This document shows, in pieces, positions 1 to 11,631 of a stretch of DNA of 64,000 nt. This stretch comes from Ascidiella aspersa (Eukaryota). Below the pieces are notes generated by a model. It saw only the letters and a list, made by a program, of their open reading frames with translations, was not told the origin of the DNA and did not search any database. The DNA lies in NCBI GenBank assembly GCA_963924565.1, contig OZ004609.1:8370001-8434000 (forward strand), given 5' to 3'. The translations under genes and the position numbers were made by a program. Within the stretch, counting starts at the first letter, position 1. The number at the start of each line of letters is the position of its first letter.

Positions 1-1654
1 TATTTAATGGTGTAACCAGAAAATTTAATCATAACCAAACAATTCGAACATTCTTGTTGTTTGTTGTTCACTTATATTTCTTTGATTAAACCTCTAATGA
101 TACGCATTGCAATAATTCAACAGTACTTTGCGGGCCACGAAAAATTATGTCGCGGGCCTGGGTTTGGACCACCCTGGGCTATACATCGCTTGAAAAGGGA
201 AAATTAGATTACCCGAACGGCCGCTTTTTGGCGCTACGTTGGGATTTGTTTCCCTTATTGACAATAGTGTTTCCCAATATGACAATGAAAGCATCAATAA
301 AGGGCTTTTTAGTATAGGCTTACGTTTTTATTATTGTCGTATGTGGTAATTATTAGGATAACTGTAGGTTAAAATCGCACTTCAGCGGGCAGCATTAAGC
401 AACTGAGGAAGATGAGCACATTTAGCTCTCGTATTAAATATTTAAGTGTTGCTATATTCTATTGAACGTATAAGTTGTATTCTTGTGATGTCACAAAGCA
501 TTCGAGGTAAATGGACAAGAAAACACAAGTAGGCTTTCCAATTAGGTTCTGGAATCACTATTTATTTTACCATATTTTACGACTTCATGGTTTGGTTTTG
601 TGTCAGCCCTGGTAATTCACATCTGGTAAAATTTAGGAGGAAATCCCACATGGTAAGTCCTAGGCGGGCCCATATAGTTTGGCCCCGCTGGTAAAATTAA
701 AGGGAAATTCCCAACAGGTAATAGCGTTGAAGGTGAGCGTACGTCCTCTGCAAAGGGCATATATCGCAAAACAGACTCTGTTTCTTATTATTAACTGTAC
801 GGTTTACGCGACAGAGTTGACTTTTTATTGTTACTAAAGAAACGTTAATATGTATTTTTTATAGAATTATTTGTTCAGCATTTTATAAAAACTTTTAGAT
901 GTTTCAGGCCAGCTTTACTTGCATCTCTAGCTCAGCAAATAATATGCAGAATTCAACTTATTGTTCATTTTATATAGCAATGCCAGGCCTGGGAAGGGAA
1001 GGGCTTTTTAGTATAGAATAAGAATTTGATAAATATGAATTTGGATAAATTAAAGCTTGGGTCATAGGCTTGAGCAAAAGGCTTGAACATTACAGTATAG
1101 GCACAATAACATTTATGTGTAGTGCTCTCTGTCCATTTCACCAGGACTTCAAGTTAGACTTTAGAAAAGTCATGCACCGCTTAAACGAACACTACGGAAG
1201 ACTGAGGGAATCTATGTGAAATTCAAGACAGAACCTTACGATTCGAAATGTAAAGCGCTGTGCAGTCAAAAACAAAGCTGTATCTTCCTTGCCATGTAAT
1301 GACAATTAAGACTGTTCCTGTTACTGATTTAGCGTATGCCCGATGGCCAGTTCTACTTGTTTTTAATTTACATCTCAGTTATTTGTGACTGATTTATTGT
1401 TTCCCTATACGTGAACTATTCTATAAATAACCACAGATGCCACGCTATAACTAGAGCCAGCATAATCATCTATATGTATAACTGATAACCTTGGTACGGT
1501 AACTTTTTATTGGCAACGAACGAAAACTTCTTGAGGTACGATCACAGTCGTAACACGAGGGAAAGTAATTTATAGCTATCAAGTTCGTATAATCGACAAC
1601 CTACTGTACATAAAACGCTGTACATTGCGTAACTATAACCACATGTATATGAGA

Positions 1655-3415
1655 CGGGGATGCGAACATTTTTTGCACAATGTGCGCAAAAATGTGAACG
1701 CCAAAAAGTGCGCACATTTTAAACTGCCTTCAAGAATGTGCGCACTTTTTTAACAATATGCGCACATTTTAAACTGCATTCAAAAATTTGCGCACTTTTC
1801 TTTATATATTGTGCGCATTTTTTTTTCAGAATGTGCGCACTTTTTCAACTAAAAGTTGAAACATTATACAGATAACTCAAACCTTTTTAATCTTATTTTC
1901 TGTTAATTTTTTTAGTAACTGACATGATCTCTGTATTTTTGTGAAAACAAACTAGATACAATTCTATCCTAGTTAAAATACAACTATTGCCTTTTAAAAT
2001 CCTGTTTATACGTTCATTGTCGATAAAAACGATACAACAAAAGCTTGAAAAGAGAGGAGTCGAAGTTAGCTTGAGCTCTACATACCAGCATCAAAACTGC
2101 GCCATAATACCAATATCACGCTGATAACAGTGTGACGGAAACACATTTTGTTTAATACTAACAACATGAGGACGGCACCCAGTTTACAAAAGCTTACAAA
2201 AAACTCCAAAATGTGTCAGTCTTGCAGAAAAGGGTTAGACAAGCTATAATAGACTAAATAATAAAAGTAAAAATCATACATCAACCAGACGAAAAGTCTT
2301 GACTTGGCAAATCCTGTCACCAATTCTGAAATACAAAATTTCAAATGTGAAGTTAGGTGATAACATTTAAATATACAATTATAAAAATAGATGCAAAAAT
2401 ACCTAAATGTTGACATTTTCATCATGTCTCAAATGACACAAACTGGACACTTCCAATCTTCTTCATAGACGGGGGAGGATTTTTGCTCCCAAATTTCCAT
2501 GCAGTGAAAATGGTAAAATCTTTTACACTTACCACAGAGGACCTGTTAGTAATTGTGAAAAACAATAATTTTGTTAAACTACAATATTAAATTATTGGCA
2601 ATTACCGAATGTCTAAATGAGACTGTCCCGTCACAAGCTGTACGTATGTCGTCCAGATTGTCTACAAATAAAAAAGCAAGAATGCCATAATGAAAATAAC
2701 TATTTACATGTAAGAAAAGGAAGTAAATATATATAAACAATACAGGGCTACTTGCATACACAAGCTATAGCAGAATAGCATAAAATGCGATGTGCAAAAA
2801 TTTGCCTTATTTCCTTTATGTTAGAGCTTGATGTATCAAATTCCACCTTTTGTTCAAAGTTTTTTAAAAGACACTTTGCAATCCATTAAGATGAAAATAA
2901 TTTAACCATGTCAAATATGAATTTTCTGCAACAATATTAACCTGTAAAACAGAAATTCCACAACTGTGACTATCTGTTTGTTTGGGGTGGCAAATTTGTC
3001 CTTGTTTTTCATATTTTTTTTTTTATTTTTTTTTTTTTTAAGTTCCAAATTGTCACTAAAATATCGTCTCAAAATGCACATTTCTACCAAAGGGAAGCCA
3101 GCAGCCCGAAATTTCATCGTGTAATATCTTCGGAAGTAACCAAGATTGCGAATCTAACTTTTTAGCCCACAATCAGACTTTTATTAGAAAAAGAAAAAAT
3201 ATTAATATGCGCATTAATTTTCCATGCTTTTAAATATGTACCCTTTTGCGTTTTGAGCAAAAATTGCGCACATTTTTAAAAGCACTTTAAAATGTGCGCA
3301 CATTCTGAAAAAAAGTGCACACATTCTAAAAAGAGTGTGCACATTTTCAAAAGAGTGCGCACATTTCCTCGTGCACATTTTTGCGCACATTGTGCAAAAA
3401 ACCTCCACGTCACTT
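1655..3415. mobile_element. Non-autonomous, internally deleted DNA transposon with long subterminal inverted repeats
   Basis: Perfect 28-bp inverted pair TTTTTTGCACAATGTGCGCAAAAATGTG (1669-1696) / CACATTTTTGCGCACATTGTGCAAAAAA (3374-3401). Each end is backed by an array of palindromic (A)ATGTGCGCACATT-like motifs (~1700-1845 and ~3255-3400). Outer termini are degenerate and no TSD was found, so boundaries are approximate. Confidence 0.75.
2429..3004 (-). pseudogene. Decayed spliced remnant encoding a Ulp1/C48 peptidase C-terminus plus PHD finger (transposon cargo)
   Basis: Minus-strand exons: ~3004-2942 QGQICHPKQTDSHSCGISVLQ (Ulp1-type Q-x5-CG catalytic motif); 2882-~2771 IAKCLLKNFEQKVEFDTSSSNIKEIRQIFAHRILCYS; 2661-2606 NLDDIRTACDGTVSFRHS; 2542-2429 VLCGKCKRFYHFHCMEIWEQKSSPVYEEDWKCPVCVI* (PHD C-x2-C-x4-H-x2-C...W-x-C-x2-C). 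One acceptor reads TGG rather than TAG and the first PHD Cys position is CGT (Arg), indicating decay. Confidence 0.7.
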
Positions 3416-5731
3416 GTTGGGTAACTGGCACTCTTAATAAAAGGTATTCTCAATTGCACTTAGCGATGCGTAAATCTGTCTTTCTACTTTGACGTGGTGC
3501 GCAACACGGTTAGCCTTCTGCAGGATGCAATGATACTATTAAACGATGCATTTCTACTAATCAACTGTATTAGAAAATGTATGAGTGATTGAGCAAAACT
3601 AAGACCATTAGTAAAATGTACACCTTCTTTCCACACGTGGATACAAAAGTTCACTTCATGATAATTACAGACTGGATTTTGGTGGAGTCAATTTTTTATT
3701 TTTAAGGGTCAATTTTGTTTCAGATTTAACGACACTAGTAACGTCACAGCATATTGTTCTCGAACAAAAACGTTACCCCAAAATTGCATTTATTTAGTTA
3801 CTAGGGAACTTGTCAAGCAAAAAAAGCACCATTAATTCCACAACTGAATGACTGAACCTAAATTACGTAAAAAGTTCGCGCAAAGCGCTAAATAGCGTAC
3901 ATTGGGTGTTGCTTCAAAACTTGGGTGAACATTCATCTCGATACAATTTCAACGTTGAAAAGACGTTACAGATTAGCCCACACAGCAAAAAAGACTAGAT
4001 AATTCGGCAGAAGTTACAGTTTGTAGAAAGTTTGTATATACACAGGCCTACACTGTAGTAGTGTATATAAATTAAAACAATAAGAGTCTTTAAGATGACA
4101 GATTCCCTTCAAATGTTCTAAAATTTGTGCAAAATCGAGAAGAATATTCGCATAAATCGTTTTTATAGCATATACTTGCATGTATCAAAGAAATTATCTA
4201 TCTATAAATACAATTGTTTTCAGTCCTACACTACATTAACTGCAACATATATTCCATGTAAAATAATTACATAGAAGCAATGATATCATTTAGACGAGAG
4301 CAACTTACGTGTGACGCTACGGCAATTCAACCTCCTAGTAAGTATTGATTGTAGGCCTAACTTATGGTAATATTCTTTAGCGGATGTGTCCATTTTCGTT
4401 AATTTCGCGAATATGTATTTTTAAACGTGCCACCTGAAGGTTTGTTTACTGTTAGCTGGGTATATAAAATAAAGGTGGAAAGCAAAAACGAAGTTAAACA
4501 TTTTTTGGGACGTTGTTTATCTATTGTCCTTATTTTATCTTTAAAAACACCCCTGAAACCACACCTAACGACAGTCCATCTAAAAAAATAAAAACAATTG
4601 TTAAAAAAAGAGACTTATTTAACACGTTTATCCTATTTGAGCTTGTATTGGAGAAATATGAAAACATTGAAAGTCGTGTTGAAAGATTTACTGAGGTTGT
4701 AGCAGGGATCCTTCTTAACATTTTTCCGCGCAGGAGATTCACTACATTCGAAGGGTTTTAAGTTACCTTTACGAGTTTGTTTTACGATTATTACTAGCAT
4801 TAGTTATATGTTTTTTTGGCTTAAATAGGGTCCAACCAACACGTTTTATAATATATTCTTTGTTTGTACGGCTAACCGAATATACTATATAGTAACTCTA
4901 TTTAGGCACTAATATGTTTAAATAACAATTAGAAAACAGTCTATTTTCTATCGCCTAGGGCCCTATAGTTGTTTGCGTGGGCTCTAAGTAAAACAATGAC
5001 AATCAAGTGACAAGTATAAATAAAACACCTTTTGTTATTTCAAGAGTCAAATATAACTATAGCTTAAAATATTTAATTCCTTATGATTCGTGCTTAATAG
5101 TACTTTAAATAATGGTGGGACAAATATCTCTTCAAATCGTATATTCGACAATAAGAAAAAATAAATAGCCGGATTTGCAGGCGTGGAATTAAATTGCACT
5201 TTATCGGCAATTTAGGTGCTTTTTAAAACGGCTTTTTTAATAAACACCCGTATTCAGTCATGTATTACAAAGCAATAATGGACACTGAATTACGGATATC
5301 GCAGATCGCGTACGATGTTGATGTAAAAAATTCTTACTAAGTACATTGCGCGCACTTTTTCAGTCACCAATATTAATAATTAGCGTATATCAGCAAATGA
5401 TATATAGATCAGTAACAAATTCATGATTGAATGATATTTTAAACACGATTATAATAGATACGTTCGACCTCAAAATATTGGGCGATAAGGTGAAAAAATC
5501 AAGAGTCTTTAATATTGTTTACGTTGATGTAAGCCACAACAACCAATAAGAAAAAATTTTTCAAAAACATGGCACTAAAAGTTATGTATCGAATAGAATA
5601 GAGAAAAGTCATGTGTTGCTCTTCTAAGGTTTTAAACTTGGTCAGTTCAATTTTGTGTGCGAAGAAAAAAAAAGTTAAGGTGCATATTAAATTAAATCAA
5701 ATTAAAGCCCTGAATTTAATGTGTTACGCAG

Positions 5732-8700
5732 AATGCAAGGACAACGGAACTTCCAAAGTCGTCCGATTTGTTCGACCAATTGACTCGGGTTTGGACCAAA
5801 TCCTCCTAATGGAACTTGAGCAGGTGTTTGGTCAGGTCGCTAACGATCCGGTTGCCGTGTATTCGTTGGCTGGTGCGGTCGGCAAAGAGAAATCCTTCAT
5901 GCTCAACTTGTTTCTTCGCTACTTATGGTCGCAGAAGCAAGGAAAGGTAAGTTGGCTTCCAGAGATTGATCATGATAATGTATTATTTTGATTGATCATA
6001 ACTATTCCTTATTTACACCTTTTAATTAATATAGAAACAAAAAATAGACATGGGTACGAACAAAAACAAATCATTTGTGCCCGTAATAGTTCCCATTCTG
6101 TATACACCTAGAAATGTGGGTTTTAAACGTTGTAAAGAGGCGTGTTTACTATTCATAGGTGTATGTAGGAGTTAACCAGGCCCTAACAATCAACGATCCA
6201 ATCTGTATTGCGCTAATTTGAAGCTGTAAATGTAGCAAAAAATAGGTTTTAATCGCGAAGAATAATGCATGTATTTAGATCAGTGTTTCACATTCGCTTT
6301 TTGTTTGCGACTTTGCTGAATGAATTGGCTTCCAACCTTATCAGGGTTAAACTTGACCTTTTTTACACAGTTCAAAAATATATTTTAGCCTAATACGTGG
6401 CTTCACAACAAGGAAGAGCAGCTGGCAAGGTAACATTGTTAGTATATCAGTCCTGCAAATATCCATAATATGACAACACAGCATACCTGAAAAGTGGTTC
6501 ACGAATCGCATGGTAAAGTAGTCTGCAGACAATCGTGCCGCTAAATGTAATATGCCAGTTTACCAATTGCCAATTACCTTATCATATAATCCCTTCTCCA
6601 GGTCGCCTTGTTTCTCATGGATACGCAGGAAGCCTTCGACAGCTCCACTTCAGTAAAAGGCTGTTCCGTCATATTCGCTTTAAGCACGATGATAAGTTCC
6701 GTGCAAATCTACAATGTCATGGAGCAGATACAAGACGCCCTCGAGTATTTAGGGGTATAAGAATAATTAGGCCTAAAATTATTACAATAGATGTATTTTA
6801 GCCAGAAACTAATTCGCAATTGTTTGCCAGATATTCACGGACTACGGCAAAGCGGCCCACAAATGCAGCAGCCTGATCGCAAAACCTTTTCAGGTATGTT
6901 GTCAAAGCATTTTTCGCTCACAAAAATTGATCTAATTGACCGTTTTCTAAGAATTAGGTCATACCATTGATAAGACACAATGTGTTGAAACAAATATAAC
7001 CCTTCTGATCGTTGAAATAGATCAAATGCTATTTGCTTTTACCTACCTAGTGCTGTTTCCACAGGGTATTTTGCGACCTTAACAAGCAACTCTTAGTTTA
7101 CGACGTTACATCCAAAAGCTATATAGTGCAATGTTTAACAAATGGAAACATTTTAGAATCTACTGTTTCTGGTGCGAGATTGGCAGGACCCTGATTACGA
7201 CGTGAAATTGGACTGTCTCGACCCGTCGCACATTATTGGTTTGTTTTCGCCTCACAATGCCGCCATCCAGAGTGTTAACGGCAACATTGTAACGGGAAAA
7301 GCTCCCATCATTTTGAAGCTGGCTGACTTCAACGGCGTTGGAACTGGGAAAATGCCAGACGTCAGGACAATTTTGCAGGTTTTTTTCAATTGTTTCTTTT
7401 GACGAGAAAATGGCCACACAACATTTTTCGAACAACCGGGATGAAAAGCTGTATTCTAAATCGTCGGTCGGTTGATATGATTTCACTCTAGTGTAAAAAG
7501 TTTCGTTATTGACACTTAATTATCGCGAATGTTTGTCAAATGCAAAATTAGTCTAAATTTGAATTGAACTTCACAAAGCGACAACGTCACAAAGCCTAGT
7601 ATACATTTTGATAAAGGTTTGTTTATAATAACTAGGTTAAATAAGGCAAATGTAAACGATCTTCAATTCGTTTCATTCGGGGCAGTCCTTGGCCCTTTAT
7701 ATGAAATGCTTGTTGACCCCCTCGTCAAAAAATGTAAATTTTATGAAGGTTAACCACTTGAGGTAACTAAACTTGTTACATTTAAAGCCAAATATGGCCT
7801 AACAACCATAAAATATCACGTGTCGGACATCAATCAAGATAACCCTATGTGTACTTTGGCTTTTGCAAACGGTATGCAACGCAGAGGGAAAAAACTCCCA
7901 TGTTCCTTATCGCGTTTTTTTACTTTTTATTTTTTTTTTTTGCATTACTGTTAAGTTGGGTTTCAGTATATTTATACACCGCACGGTTTGCGGTATAAAC
8001 CTCCTAAAATAGAACATTAGAAAAAACAGACGTGTTGCCAATGTGTTTATACCAACGAAAACGACATCAACAGAATAAGTGATACTAATTACACCGCTTG
8101 AGTATTTCGTAAGGACTCCAGAATGAGACCTAAAAACGAACAATATCAACGTCAGAATAAAACACAGTTCGGAATAAGACAAAAATATGACTAATACCTG
8201 ATTTTGACTGAGACAAGAAAGTCTATACTGTTTTAATACCTAAGGGTCGTAATACCATATAAATCGGAATTAGTCGTAAATCCATGGAAATAAGAACCGT
8301 GGTTAGAATCAGGCTTGCAACCTTCTACAACCTTCCAAACCCCAAACCCACCTCTAAGAACATAACTAACTCCTCTAACAATTTTAACCATAACTGAATT
8401 TTCTAACCCCTACCATTATCCTCATTAAACCCAAAAAGGGAAAAAATTAAAAAAAGTAGAATCCTAACGGCGCCGTTCAAACTAAGCCGTCAAAATGTCC
8501 ACATCAAAACGTCCGGTGCCATACCGACTTTATTTTTTCGTATATTGTTTTGACGAAAATCCTTAAATAAATAAGAGTTTCTAAATTCTAATTAAAAAAT
8601 TAAAAAAATATTTTTAGGAACAACTTTATTACTACTTACAACGTACAAGCAATCATTATCTATTGTGCTTACTTTTGATGGTCAATTTTAAAAGAAATAA

Positions 8701-10739
8701 AACCTTACAAAGAAATCCTTTAATGTGATAAACAAACAATATATTTTCCAGAAACTAGCGGAAACCACTAAGATCTGGAATCAAGAACAGGCTCTCCGCG
8801 CATTATTGATGGATAAGGTAAATTAAAATTTTGTTTTATAGCTAACTGTTGTTTTTATGCCGTACCACCCGTCGTCTAGCAGATTGTTTTGCACTCTATG
8901 AAAAAAAATACGAGGTTATAGTAAACTATTGCGGACAAAATAATTACTGAAACTCTCATCGAAGATACACTTTTCCTGAGGTGTCGCGAGGAAAAGCGTT
9001 CGAGAACCACTTTTAAGAAAGTAGATTTAGCAATTTCGATAACAGGGTGTCCAATAAATGGTCCTCAAAAGATTGTGATTGCTACCTTCTACAACAGGAG
9101 CAAGCAATTTTTATAGGGGGTACATGAGTAATCGAAAATATGTTTAAGGGCAGACTCAAACAGGGAAATGACATGCACATTGACGATGATTACGTTTAAA
9201 TGAAAGGTGTACATGTTCTGATTGACAAAGTGGAAAACTAGGAATAGATTAGAATACCTTACAGGTGTAATTTTTGTATCAAATATTCCAAGTCTAATGA
9301 ATTTTGTGGAACATGAGCCGCAGGATTAAATTGATTTGCATGCCGGATTCAGCCGGCTCGACGTATTATTCTCAGGGCTTATGTGTATTCTTATTTGTGA
9401 TGTCGTTTACCAGTGGTCGGCAACCTTTTGCTGGTCGTGGGGCAAACCAACCTAAGCAAGTTCTCGGTGGGTCGTAATAAATTTCCACAAAAATTTTATT
9501 ATAAAAAAATTGTGGTTTCTAAGCACTCTGAATCGGGGTCAGACCTAAATGTTTTATGCAATTGAATACAAATATCTATATTGTACTAAAAAATTAAGAA
9601 CGCGTACAATGGTTGATTTTCCACTTGCTTCCGCTGAGGTTGTTTAGATCAGTTGGTAAAGAGCGACGATCCCGGTATGATCGAAGATCGTGAGTTCGAA
9701 CCTCACTGCAGATTATAGTTGTGTTCTAGCCTGGCCCTGCTTGTACTACAATTCTGATCTGGCTAACTGATTTCAGTAAGCTTTTTCGGAAGAATGTTTG
9801 TGCCTTTCTGTCTACAATGTTCGTGTTTTTTTAGTTTTACTTTTAACTCGCATAGTCTTAGCGTTGACCGGCGATTATAATATAGCATCCGTCTGTCAGT
9901 CACCATAAATAATCCATACGAGTATAATCGTTCCTCTCGATTCAAATATAGCGTTTGTAGCCATACCCAAACACCTCTTTAAGCTTTCGTAATAGAGTGA
10001 GGATCTTGCCCTTACAACCTTTGCACATTTGGTTTTTAAACTTCTTCAACACTACGAGACAAGTTGCACCACAGCCATGTTGGACAAACACAACATTCCT
10101 ATATGAACATACATTTCTATTTAAAAGTTTGCTTAATAATAATATACATATGTTTTAACGATATTTGTAAACGTTTTCGAAACGATGTCACGACGAAAGT
10201 CCTCAACCTTGTTTAAAAAGGTCTCAAAGGTGACAGAAATGGGCCGCGAACTTGGCCGAATTGAGGAATACACAATCGGTATCTCGATTTCCAAGAAAAG
10301 AATGTTCTATGAAATATGTGTGACCGGTCAGTCTCAGGACCAGCCGATTCCAAATGAAATCTTTGTAACAAGTGAAAGATTGGGGTACGTTTCAACTACA
10401 CTGTTACTGTTGTATGTAACGAAGTTATTATGTTTTATCAATAGCCTGCATTACATATTAACGGTTTTACATGTTTCATTGTTGATGCTTGTGTTTGCAA
10501 AGTAATGCAATCTCGACAATTCACAAACTTATATATCGGCTATTCTAAAATTTAGACGTGGGAAACAGCAATCTTTGGATATTGATCTTTGGAGCGATGA
10601 GGTTGATCTTTGCATCTTGGAAAACGGAAACGCGGTTGCCCGGGCAAAGCGCGGTAGCACCACTCTTCATAAGCGAATATGGATGGACTTGCGTGTAAAT
10701 GGGAAGCAGGCCAACAAGCGGGCATTCTATCTACAGTAA
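5732..10739 (+). CDS. Atlastin/GBP-family GTPase-like protein with degenerate G motifs and an unknown C-terminal domain (5' exon not found; may be a pseudogene)
   Basis: Phase-consistent exons: 5732-5946 ([26 protein letters not shown]), 6389-6429, possibly 6482-6512, 6602-6754 ([14 protein letters not shown]...[15 protein letters not shown]), 6831-6893 (IFTDYGK...KPFQ), 7157-7378 (LLFLVRDW...VNGNIVTG...MPDVRTILQ), 8752-8817, 10221-10384, 10556-10739 (TAA). These blocks match atlastin motifs from memory. Linkage of the last three exons is inferred from phase only. Confidence 0.65.
9645..9711 (+). mobile_element. tRNA-derived SINE-like head (5'-degenerate copy)
   Basis: TAGATCAGTTGGTAAAGAGC...GTGAGTTCGAACCTCACTGCAG contains A and B boxes. 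Highly similar to 41710-41784, including the downstream AGTTGT(G/T)TT..CTAG tail. Confidence 0.7.
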
Positions 10740-11631
10740 CAAAATTTAATCTAAAAAAGGAAATTGAGTTTTTTGTATGACATACAGTAACGATTTTTCA
10801 TTCTCAAATTTTCGTTTTGTCGTATTGTTTCAGCACATACATATATGTATAGTAGCCTACACACTAAGAAAGAAAGGCTTGATTTAAACTGTCGAAACTA
10901 TCAAGGATTTAAAAATTGTTTAGAAATAATATCCTATGCCTGTAATGATCGCTACTAAAAAAACTGTGAAGCCCTTGGCTGGAAGCGAAATACGACATAA
11001 ATGTATATATAATATCAACATATGTTTATTCAACTGTTGAATGGCCTGTATACACTTATATACTCATAAAATCTCAATGAGACGAACGAATAACAAAGTA
11101 ATTCCAAGGTTGTACACACGTCATGCCTACCAGGATTATAATTACTATCATTACCGTGTTCTGTAAAAATATGCATATCTGTTCATACTGTTACATTTGC
11201 ATGTATTTTAAATGCTTGTTTTTTCCTAACCTTTAATTGATTACATCGTTATTCGATGGATTCTGTTAGTCCATCGGGCCTTCCGTTTTACATGGTGTAA
11301 GATATCGTTATTATAATTTTCTGTGTACCATACGTCATGTATATTCAGTACATTTCAGCAAAGCATTTTATTAAACGTATATTTCCTTTTAAAATGTATT
11401 TCACAAAAAAAATCTTAATAATTTCTTTGCAATAGTTTTACCGCGGGTTTAAAATTTACTTAGTGATATTTACACGTTTTAACTAAAATCGAATATTTTA
11501 AAAGTGTGTTCCAACCTGTTATAATATTAAAGTTTATCATTCTGTTAAATTGTGACCTAATTATTGTTTTCACTTGTACAGGGTTAAACGTAGGGATTTC
11601 TGCGATTAATCTGACTGTTGTGAATGGTAAA

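Noticed and set aside
1145-1219. Possible terminal exon DFKLDFRKVMHRLNEHYGRLRESM* after a CAG acceptor
   Set aside because: No upstream exon or homology could be tied to it within the window.
1669-1850. CRISPR-like array of palindromic repeats
   Set aside because: Repeats are degenerate, spacers are short A/T tracts, there are no cas genes and the context is eukaryotic.
2429-3415. RAG2-like PHD / ProtoRAG transposon
   Set aside because: The PHD follows a Ulp1-type motif rather than kelch repeats, and no RSS-like heptamer termini or 5-bp TSD were seen.
3214-3492. Overlapping ORFs rich in CAH/MCA repeats
   Set aside because: Artefact of the TGTGCGCACA subterminal repeat array.
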